From NCBI GenBank assembly GCA_964187785.1, contig OZ076415.1, positions 46,934,001 through 46,998,000 of the forward strand: DNA of 64,000 bases. Direction: 5' to 3'. Shown here one piece after another: positions 33,418 to 44,700 of the stretch. Position 1 is the stretch's first letter, and each line of letters starts with the position of its first letter. The translations under genes and the position numbers were made by a program. The notes beneath the pieces were generated by a model that was not told the DNA's origin, searched no databases, and saw only the letters and a program-made list of their open reading frames with translations. The stretch is from Amphiscolops sp. MND2022 (lineage: Eukaryota).

Positions 33418-36400
33418 TTACTCATCATTTTGGCTCTGTTGTGAGTCCGAAACGGATGATGTTACTGTTGACTGCTGATTCGTTGACGATTCCGCCACCA
33501 AGGGAGGATATTGCATTGAGTCGTGGATGGTGAGTAAGTTATTCAATTCTGCTTCGATATCAGCAGCGTCCATTTGCGATATTTCCGTCTCTGGTTCATC
33601 TTGGGTAGGGGTTGTGCCATCGGACAGAACGAAATTATCGTCCGTCATGGGTTCATCATGGGTTTCTGTGGCAATGGATAGATTCTCCTGGTCTTCCTCC
33701 ATTCGAGGCTCAGTTCCTTCCGAGGGCAACCCACTGGGTATTGTTTGCTGTGAGCAGCCAGGGGCAGCCGTATTTGTTACACTATTTTGTTCGGTGGTAT
33801 TTCCCTGTGGGAAGTCGGGCAGTTTGTCGGCCAATTCTGGATGGCCATACTGTACGAACAAATTTTTGAAAGTCTGAATTCCGCGTGCATAGTCTTCGCT
33901 GACAGAATCTCTTCGTTCCCTTTGTTTGTTGTGCAGATTTAAGAATATTTCCAGCGCGGCGCGCGGATTGTTTGGGACATATGTACTGATTGGTAAGGCT
34001 TTTCTATTCGGTTCTTTTGCCACTGAGGGCGTCTTGGCCTTCATGCGCTGAGACGTCCGGTGAACTGCAAAATCCACCAAGTCTGGGTTTGACCAGCATG
34101 ACGTTGCTTCTAGTATATGGGATGGGTGTGCGCGGGGATTGGTTCGATCACAGCACATCCTTGAAATGTCACATACATAAGGATATCGTAACCCACTTGG
34201 TTTTTCGCCATGGGCGGTCGTAGGGAATTGAAGTTGGCTACTACTCCGCGGTAGGTGGGCTCCGGTTGGGTTCCATCTGTCGTTACAAAGTGTAGTGTGG
34301 AAAAGGTGGGAGTATTCGCTGCCATACGCAAGACTTGGGTCGGGTATCTTAGTACCATGACGGCGCCAAAGATTGGCCAGACGATGGGAGCAATTAGAGG
34401 TATTAAATCCTCTGTTTCCACCAACATGAGAGTGGCCATTTGTGAGGGAAACAAGAAGCCAGGGAGGTGGTTAGGTTCTCTATTGATGGCCGGGTTTTCA
34501 TCCAGAGGATGCATAATACCCGCGACATTTACCCAAGTTGAGTAGATCCACGTGAGAATGGCTTCAATGTTCAGTTCTAGTCGTTTCTTCAATCGTAGGG
34601 GACCCGCTGGGTCTAAGGCGCCTAAGATTGCTTGCAGCCAGTTCTTCTGATTTTGAGCATATACCAGGTAGCTGAAGAGCGGTAAGTGTCCTTTGTCGAA
34701 GATCAGCTTCTGCAGAATGCCTGAGGGTCCTCTATAGACTGCGTGCATGCCGATCGCCATTGAATAAGCCAATATTTCGCTTATGGTGGTTTTTTGCATT
34801 GCCTCCACATATAGGCGTCTTTGTTGGTCATCGAGGTTGAATTCAGCTTGGACCAAACTTGGGAGCCAAAAGGGGGAGATATTGTAGAGGAATACAGGGA
34901 ATGGGATTTCCCGCCGCAGGGCGACCTGATTTAGAGTTTCACGTAAGGCTTTGTGCCAAGTTTGGTAAGTGTGATTTGGTTCTGCTTCGTTCTGTCTTGC
35001 CAAGCCTCGTGTCATTACCATCAAGAGTGTCAAGGTGAGGGACGCCATGTCGAGTTTGGCATCTGTTGCTATGGCTGCAATGGGGAACACAGTAGTGTTG
35101 GTCCGTTCCGCCTTGATCATCTCTGTTTCCTTGAAAAGAGCTAGGAGCTCTTTATGGAATTTCGGATCATGAGTCTTTTCATCGAGGGTGGATTGGTCTC
35201 TCCTTTCAAACCAGAGGTTATCTATCAGGTGTTTTCTCTCACTTTCGTTTGGGTCAAATACTTTGCGCACACCGTTTTCATCTAGGGATCTGATGGACAT
35301 TTGCATCCCATAGTCGTATGCGGTGGCTTCGTCAACAATAATCTGTGAGTTGCCTTCATATCCCGTATATCCTTGAATAGCCTTGGATATATCGGCCAAG
35401 AATGCGGGGTACGATGCCTCACAGGGGCGCCACGTGGTTACGTTGATCCTTAAGTTCGGAGCAACGATGTAGAAGTGCAAGTCTCTTGCATAGGATGCTT
35501 CCAGCACCAGGTACAAGAATTGTTGCAACGCTCTCGGAAGATAGATGTACCCAGGGGGTGACACGAAGACTGTTCCTGTGTTTGGTTTCTTATTTTTCAT
35601 CATTGTGGCAATATGGGACATTGTTTCTACGTACGCGGTGACTTCTTCGGTGACAAATCCTTCAGTGAATCGAGTGCTCAGCGTATCGAAGTGTCGCAAT
35701 GATCCTCGCAGGGCGAGGTGGTCGATTACGTTCGAGTATACCAGGATTGGTGGAAGAGGTATTGTTTCTGCCGCCGCTGGTGTGAACATTTTGTCGGTTA
35801 CCTCTGCCATTTCATTGAGTGTGGTGCAGGGCATGTTCATTAGTCTAACATCCATCAGAGTATTGTTAGAATTGTACGATGATTTGATGGTCGAGTCTAC
35901 GAAGAGAGCGATTCTAGTTTTTTGCAATAGGTCTTTTCCCATTGGCACCAGGGTGATGGGGTTCCTTGCATAGTTTTTTGATTGTAGATGACTTTCTCCG
36001 AATCTGCCGAGTCTCTGACGAGCTAGTCGCTTGTTGGTTGCTTGGAGCGGTTGTAGGTACGTTGAGTTACTGTTCTGCAACTCTCTCCTGAGACGCTCGA
36101 ACCATGGCGGGACTCCTCCATCATTGGTGAATATCGGTGGCTTAACTGGTCTGTTGTAAACTACTCCAATGTTTGCCTTCTCTATATTTCGCTGAGTGGT
36201 TTGGTCCCCTTTGCTATTAGCGCTCGCAAATTTCTCTCTTGGGGGATTTTCTTCATCAGGCATATTTGGTACTTCGCGTTGAAGACGCACTGCGACCCTC
36301 GCCGTTATATCCAGCTGCTTCATTTCTGCCGCAGTCAGTAGCTCTCTTGCGACCTTTTGCCTCCTGGCCTCTGGCTGGCTAGGGGATGGGGCTGGAATTC

Positions 36401-37333
36401 CCTTGTTTGATCTTGAGTTAGATTGCCTGTCTTGTTCTCTAGCTCTCTTGGTTGCGTTTAATTTGTCGCGAAGGTCTATTGGAGCATTGTTGGCCTTTCT
36501 TTCCTCTCGCTGCTCTTCTCTTTGCCGTTCATGCAGTTTTGGATCTTTTTGAAATCCTATCAGTCTGCTGGGTTCATTTCGAGCAGGTTGGGTGTTGGAG
36601 GTGGAGGGAGTTAGTTCTTCATATGAATCTTGGAACGTGACCTTTCTGTCGGGCGAGTTTCTTTGGCTTGTTCTTGTGTTGTTACTTGGTTGCATTCGAT
36701 GGGGCTTACTTGCACCCCTCCCCCCTGAAAGGTGGAAGGAAGCATGAAGCCAGAAGTAGATGGAGTGAGCGAGCTGATACTTACGGATGCCAGAGGCATA
36801 GGTGGAGTAGGGATTGGAGGTGGCACTAAGGGTAGGATGCAATTGAAAGTTATAGTCTCGGTGGGTGGAAGCTGAATCATGGTTTGTGGTGGGGTTGGCT
36901 GTGGAGCTTGGAACAAAGGTTGAATCGTTGGGGGAGAGATTCTGAATGATCGTTTCTGATCCATTGGAGGCCTTTCAGGTTCTCCATAGAGCATGTGGGA
37001 GCGAGGGCCAATAAGATTATGAGTTAAGTCATAACCATGCCAAACGCCATCGCGGAAGGTAGCGGAACGCTCAAGCGGCCCGATGCTACTCGTGATGGTT
37101 AACAGGACTTCTGGGTGCGAAGCTTCAGCTTGCATCTGTGCAACCATCATGGCAAAGCCAGCGATCATGGTGGGGGTGGCCCCATCTTGTAAAGCCTGTT
37201 GGACTAAGGCTAGTTGGTCGATTCGACCATTAACCTCGCCCACTGGTGGAAGAGTGTTAGCAGGAGGCATACGAGGTTGGGGATTCTGTTGGCTGCTGGG
37301 TGCAGGCATGCGGTTGCGTGATGAAGAGTCCAT
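33418..37333 (-). pseudogene. ORF3 of element B: about 1300-aa protein of unknown function (2 frameshifts), containing a possible SGNH-hydrolase-like segment
   Basis: Overlapping same-strand ORFs 36611-37477, 34110-36842 (910 aa) and 33418-34158 chain together. P/Q-rich N-terminus, folded central region and acidic/S-T-rich tail. Confidence 0.7.
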
Positions 37334-37675
37334 TGATAGCACTGATAGGGAATAGGGTGATATCGATGAAAATGAGTAATGGTGCAATTTAGGAGAGCTG
37401 CGCAAGGGCGAAGCAACAGGATAAAACTGAAAAGCAAGTTGCACATGAATAGAGAGAAGTTTCATAGGGTATATCAAAAGAGTTAAGAAAGGTATACAAA
37501 AGGTTAAAACTTAAAAATACAGAGGAAGTGCTAAGACGACTTGTAGCTTAATAGAGTGCAGTCAATAAAAATCTTAGGGACTAGTTCGCACGTATCGAGG
37601 AAGTCAACAAGGAAAGTGGGATGGTCTTTCGGAAGAATAAGGAAGGTGGGCCTCTGGCCCTGCAGTTATGAGGAC

Positions 37676-40600
37676 TCAACCAGCAGTGATGTCAATAGAA
37701 GAATTTGATGCGATTGAAACGTAGACTCTATCGTGGAGTATTATTTCTAGATTCGACCCGAAAAAATGGTCCCGGAGTGTGGCGTACCAAGTTGGTAGGA
37801 GATTGATCGATCGTTCGTGATCATAGATGGGTATATGAATTTGGGAAATTCCGTGTTGATGGAGTTGGTGTCGGAGGTGGTTGAGGCATGTATCTAGGGT
37901 TTCGTGCAGGAGTGGGTGCTTGTTGGAGGCTCTGGTGCATAAAAGGAAAAGTTGATTGTTCCAGGGTGCCGTGTGGGAATATTGCAAGCAAATGGCCATG
38001 CCAACCGAAGGTTTTAAACGGAAGATGGCTTCTTGTCCATATTCGCGAATGATATATCGAATAGTCGCCGATTGGGATTGGAGGACAACACAACACTAGT
38101 GTGCCAGAGGCTTGTAAAATATCCGTGTCAGAGTAATCCATGGCACGTGGGTCGGCCGAATTTTCGGTTGTGATATGAGCCATTTTCCAGTTTCCTCTGC
38201 ATGATTCTCTAAGGGGTTCGACATCAAGTGTCGAAAAACTGCTTTGCGATCTTCCCATATTGTACGATGCATGGGGCGGTTACCCATGTGTATGTACGAC
38301 CAGCTGTGCATTACGGAAAGTGCTTCTAAGGGAGAGATGGGAGTTTCGGGTGTGTATGTTAGTCGGTCGAAAATGCAAATCTTCGTTTGTCTGCAAAATA
38401 TAATGGATATCAGTTGCAACCAGTGTTGGCTCAAGAATTTGTCGCGGTAAATGTCGGCGAGATGAAAACATAGGGTGTCGCTTGTCTCTACAAGGGTGCG
38501 TAGATTCTCTAAGCACAGTAATAATGTAGTCGGTGAGACCACCGAGGAGTCGTCGAGGGAAGTGACTAGGAGCCACCATCCTGTGGATGGTTGATATACG
38601 TCACCCGGAGGGGAAGTGATGTGATATTTCTTCCATAGTTGGTTGGCGGTGATGCAGCGAATCATTTGGGGGTTGTTGCAGGTATCGTCTAGCTTACCGA
38701 ATAAGAATGAGGGTGGTAAAGGGGGAATGGTTGCGGCTAATGTGAATTCAAGTCCACCCTTTTCATGAGTTGTCCACTCTTTGAAGCGATACGTTGGACA
38801 ATTAGAAGGGGAAAATTTATGCATTTGTTTCAGAGTGGATTCTAGAGTTGGTATTGATTCAGATTCGGTGCTTGTAAAAGTCTTCTCAATTGTTAAGATG
38901 ATGTGTCGGATGGTTGGCGGGGTTTTGGGTTTTTGTAGCTTTGCTCGTATATTCAATATTTTGTGTTGTGGATGGTTTGCCGTTTGTGCTAAGATGATTT
39001 CGCAAGCCGGAATCGTCGCTCCCCGGGCCAGTCGCTGATTCGGGGGTTCCGTTGTGACTAGCTGGATGCAACTACAGTCACGGGAACCACAGGTTCCGCA
39101 TCTATAATTTGGCGCTCTGTTGGCTCGGAGTTGATAGCGGGGCGCTTGTCTGGAAGTATCATCTAGTTGGTTTGATTGAGTAGGGGTTGAACTCTCAGGA
39201 ATCTGCTGGAGAGTCATGGCTCTGTCAAGCGTCCTGAGTGCGGTCCTGGAGGAAAATCGGGTTCTTGGGCCTCTTTTGTGCCGTGTGGTTGGTCTCCGGG
39301 AAGACGTAGTAGTTCCGCTTGATGACTTGGGTAGTTGGTTTCGGCGACCGGGGGGTCTGCCTCGAGGTCGACCTCTCCTGTTGGTAGTTGTGGGTGGTGG
39401 GTTTTGACTCGTGATCTGGTTGTCGGGTCCGACATTATGTTCTTGTGGTTCAGTGGTTTGGATTGGATCAGTCGGTACGTTGGGATCCTTTGTTTGTTGG
39501 TTAAATAGGGGGAAGTTGCTTAAGGTATCCGTGAGTGAGGGGTTAGATAGTAATGGAGCTGAAGTTCCAGAGGGCGATGGTATTAAGCTTTCGGTGAGCG
39601 TTGGTGGTCGTATTTCCTCCTGATCAGAAAATAGTGGTTCTAGATCGTCGACTTCGGAGAATACTACCTGGGAGGGAGAGGTCATGGGAGGAGGTCCGGG
39701 CGCTTCGGCCTCAGAGTCTGATTCGGATGGGTATCCGAATTGGCTGAATCTCCTGCGCGGGACCCCTTGTTCTAGGGCAGTTTGAGTACGTGTCTGGATG
39801 GTACGAGGAGGGACCGGTCTTGTGGGTTCCAATTCGAACGATGCCTCAGAGAGTTGTTCAGGTAGGAAGGAGTCTCTAGAGATATCGGAGGTAATTTCTT
39901 CGTTAGTGTCTTCCACGTATGGATCAGCGATGATAGCTACATTTTGATCCGGTCCAAAAGGTTGGTAAGTAGTCCAGTCCCAGGGGGCTGGTACGTGTTT
40001 CTTTAGTCTCTCGTAGTGAACTTTTTGACCCGTGTCGAGTACGTAGAGACGTCCATCTTGTAGTACATCGGTGACTTCATAGAGTCCGCGCCAAGCGCGT
40101 ATAAGCTTGCGAGTACCACCTTTGGGGATTATGTGACAAAATACCCAGACAGCGTCGCCGACGGCATGCGCTTTTGCTTTCAGGTGGCGGTCGAACTTTA
40201 GCTTTTGTCGAAGCTGAGCTTGATGAGTGTTTCTTCGAACCAATTCATGGATTTCTCGTTGCCTGGCCAACAGGTGTTCCACGAACTCTTCTTTGGAATC
40301 AAAGCCTCGCGCTGCGAACTCTGGGTATATAAATGATAGTGGGATAGATTTTTCTGCGCCATGATGGAGCATGTAGGGTGAAAACCCTGTAGTGGCGTGT
40401 CGGGTGGAATTATATGCGCCTAGGACTCCATCAATGTATTCATCCCAGTGTTGCATTCTGCGCGATGTGTAGACTCGGAGCAAAGTGAGCAAAGTTCGAT
40501 TCTGTCGCTCCACGAGTCCGTTCCCTCTGGGGTGTGCTGGGGTAGATGTAACTTTGGTTACTTGAGAGGCTTTCATAAGTTCCTGGGCGATCTCAGCGGT

Positions 40601-41704
40601 GAAGTTAGTCGCATTGTCTGATTGCATCCTAGCAGGAGTGCCATGTGTGGCAAACCATTCATTTAGGATAATTTTTGCTGTGGTTTGCGCGTCATATTCG
40701 TCGTGAGCGCATGGGACTGCTTCCGGAAATTTGGTAAAATGATCTATTATTACCAAAAGGCCGGTGTTGCCTGAGTCGGTTTTGCAGAGCTTTAAATGAT
40801 CAAATTGAACCAGGTCGTTGAAATTGCTACTATTGATGCTTTGCAGGGGGTAGCAAGGATTTCCCGCTGGGTGCTTTGCTTGTTGACAGGTTAAGCATTG
40901 TTTGATGTGGTTTACTACGTCCCTTTTGATTCCCGGCCAAGTGTGTCGTTCTTGTATTCTGGCCAGCACTTTTCCCACGCCTTGATGTCCCGATTCATCG
41001 TGTGCTCGGTACAAGATTTCGTGTTGGAAAAGTTGCGGCATGATTATCATGCAAGGGCGTACGTGGAGAGCACGTTGTTGAGGAACGTAATTGACGCAGA
41101 GTATGTCGTCAGGGTTTAAGAAGAGTAGATCCTTTTTTGATGGTAATACCTCTTGGCGAAGTCTTGTATTTCATCTGGGAACATTGGACCTTCTAAGGGC
41201 TCGTTCTTCATGAGTTTCTTCAGTGCCAAGAGATGTACGTCTCTATTCTGAGCCATATTTGGTTAGGTGGTGTTCGTGCATTTCTGCTTCGATGATTCTC
41301 AAAACGTCTGCTTGTTTTTGACATTCAACAGGGAGTGCCCCTAGAGTTGGATCGGGTTTAGTGGTGTCTATTCGTGCCGGAGGCACTCTTGTGGTTATGC
41401 TCAAAATTCGGTTAGGTCGTTCGTTTTCTTCAAGAGTCGGCGTGGTTTCCCATTGAATTTCGGGATACCAGGGGGTATCCCCGGTTGGCTCTTCGGGCTG
41501 TTTGCTCTTTCGTTTTTTCTGAAGAATGTATAACAAGGGTAGTTGAGCTCGAGCTTCTGGAGGGAATTTTGGGTTGTCTGGAATTAGATGACCACGTTTG
41601 TCGAAGTATGGGACTGTGGGGAGTTCGTTGTAGTCTTTTTGTGACATGAAATTGAATCCTTCGCTTACCTCTGGTAGCTTTTCAAGGATTTGTTCGCGAA
41701 TAAT
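37676..41704 (-). pseudogene. Pol 3' part of element B: integrase, long linker and two degenerate macro-like domains
   Basis: IN zinc finger (AHDESGHQG...CLTC) and core (QFDHL, QSDN, VERQNRTL). The frame is broken by TAA at 41705 and by frameshifts near 41240, 38140 and 38000. Confidence 0.85.
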
Positions 41705-44700
41705 TTAGTTGTTGGTGCGCTTGCTGAGTCCATCGACATTTCGGTGTTGCGTACGCGGTCTGTGGATCGTTTTGAAATGATATTGGTCTAGACGTGCGAT
41801 CCAACGGCCAATCATGGCTTGGTCCATGGAGTAGGTTTTGAGCCATGACAGGGCTTGGTTGTCTACGCGAAGCGTAAACTCTCTACCTGCTAGGTATGAG
41901 TGGAATTTCTCCACGAAGTAAAACACTGCATACATTTCCAGCTTGGGGGCACCATAGTTCAGTTGGGTCTTGGTCAGTGATTTACTGCCGTATACTATTG
42001 GTCTCAGGATGGTTTTGCCATTGTATTCTTGTTCTTGATGTAGAACACCTGCGATTACTACCGTGCTGGCGTCTGTATCTAGCACGAACTGTCCTTGTTC
42101 ATTCGGTGCAGCTAGAGTGGTAGCGTCGGATAGGGCTTCTTTCACCGAGTCGAAGGCTTCTTGGTGTCTTTCTTCCCAACAGAAGTGTTGATTCTTCTTT
42201 AGCAATTCCTGCATGGGTTGCATCTTGGCGGCGTGGAATGGGACGAAATCGTGATAGTAGTTGGCGAATCCTAGGAAGCTTTGGAGTTCTTCTTTGTTCC
42301 TTGGTGGCAACCACTCTCGGATTTTAGCCACTGCTTCTGGGTCGGGCTTGATTCCATCAGCTGATACTATTCGTCCAAGATATTTGGTTTCCGTGCGCAT
42401 GAAGTCGCACTTTTCTGCTCGCATTTTGAAGCCTGCCTCTCTGAAACATTCGAATACTTCTTTAATTCTCATTATGTGGTCTTCGATTGTTTCGGTTGCA
42501 ATTACAATGTCGTCAATGTAGGCCATGACGACACTCCCGTGTCTTTGTTGGATTTTTTGTAGCGCTCTAGTGATGGATCGTTGGAACGTGGCGGATGCAT
42601 TGCATAGCCCGAAGGGCATACGTCGCCATTCAAACAAACCCAATTCACAGGCAAATGCTGTTTTCCTTCTATGCTTCCTGCTTTTCTTCAGTGGTATTTG
42701 CCAAAAGGCCCACTCTAGGTCGATGCTTGTGAAGATCTTAGCGTTACCTATTCTGGACAGACTTTCGTCTATTGTGGGAAGGGGGAAGGCGTCTTTTACT
42801 GTCACGTCGTTTAGCGGTCGAAAGTCGCACCAGAAGCGAAGTTCGCCTGTCTTTTTCTTTACCATTACTATTCCACTGGCCCAAGGCGAGTAGGAGGGTT
42901 GGATTAAGCCTAAGGCTAAGAGGTTCCTTACTTCTTGATTGGCTTTGGCGGCCTTGTCTGGAGACATTCGCCTTGCGCCCTCCCTGTGGGGGATAGCTTG
43001 TGGTTCTAACTCAATACGATGTTTTGCTATTGCACATTTGCCTATGTCGGCCTTATGTTTCATAAAAAGGTCGTCGTACTCGTTTAAAACTTCTGCTAAT
43101 TGATCTCTTGCTCCCTCCCCCCAAGACGAAAGGACAGAGGACAGGTCTGGGCCTGGTATTGGTTTTAATAGGTTGGGGTCGGTTTGCGCGCGTTTTTCAA
43201 TTTCCGACATTTCCTCTTCCGACAACTCAGTAGGCGATACGAAGTTTTGTGCGAAAGAACTGAATTCACTGCTTGTGTCGTCAAGATCAACAATACTAAT
43301 ATTATTAACTTGTTCTATCAGAGGTATGGAGGTTCCATCGGCTTGGTCGACCGAAAACGGTCTAGACATAAAAACGGTAGGCTCCGCCTTGCCAAGGACA
43401 GTTTTGCTTGGTATTTGCAAGTTTTCGGTAGCGGTTTTGTTTCTTATGGCTAGGTACACCGTGCCGTCGTCTCCCACTGAAGTTAGGGTGTCTTCTGAAA
43501 TAAAGGAACTTCGGTTGTACATCCCGCTGGGGCGTATCATTACATTACAGAAACGGTATTGGTTGGGGTCTTGTGTGATGACCTGTGCTATAACCAACTT
43601 ACGTTCGAAAGGTCCTAGTACAACTTTGTCGGTGGACACTACCAAAGAAGGTTCATGGTCACTAACCTCATGGACAGGTTTGAAATGGCGTGGAGTTTTT
43701 GGGTCTCGGATTGTGACCCTCATCGCGGTCAAGTCCACGAGGACATTATAGGTGCGTAAACAGTTGCGTCCTAATAGGAAGTCTTCAGCTCCTAGGTGGT
43801 CAGCTATGACGATAAAGTTGATCTTCAGTGTGTGGCCACCCAATTGGAAGCTCACATTCTCAGCCATGCCGACAGTCGTTATTGTTTTGCCGTTCGCTGC
43901 GTATAGCTGGACGTCATACGGCATGAGGCTCAATGAATGGGCGGAAGCAATCTTTTGGTATGCGGCAAGGGAGAGGATGGAGACACCTGAACTCGTGTCG
44001 ATCATACCATATAAGGGAATGGGTTCCTGGAAGTTGCTGCCAAAGGCAACTACCAGTGATGCTCGTTCGTCAATGCGAGCTTCCCCTTGAGTGTCTTGCA
44101 CTCCAATGTTATAACAACTCAACTCCTGGCGACCCAGGTATAATCCCTGTGGGAAATAACCTTCTACGACTACGATGGCGTCAAATTTCATGTCGACCCC
44201 GTCTACGTTCATGGCCACTGGTACTGGAGAAATTGTCTTCACTTTTTGGATTGGTGCTAATTTGGTCTCGTCCTCCCGGGTGAAGTGCGGTAACGGTCGA
44301 GCGGTGATTGTATACTTGGCGTTTCTGCACAGCTCTTCCTTTAATTGCGCTAGTGTCAGTTCGGGCCGCGATTTTTGTTCAGCCGAGAGGAGTAAATGTA
44401 TAGATATGAGTGTCTCGGTGCAGTCCGGGGCGGGTGCTTCCAGCGTGGTAAGCACTTGTTTTTCGCCGCAAGTAATGACGACGGGACGAGAAGGGCCTCC
44501 GGCCTCTGCTACCGAGATTACTCTAACTTGATCATCCTGTGGTACGCCGTCAAACTGGTTGGTATGTGGAGCATACCATGCTGCCCTAATTTGTTCTTCT
44601 TGTCTAGGGTATTCTGGGGCCATACATTCTGATGCGGAATGCTCAGTGCATCCACAATTAACACAGAAGGCTACAGTCCCTTGGATAGGTAGTGATGCTG

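Noticed and set aside
33418-37333. Calling ORF3 of element B an env gene
   Set aside because: No signal peptide, furin site or fusion peptide; only the position is env-like.
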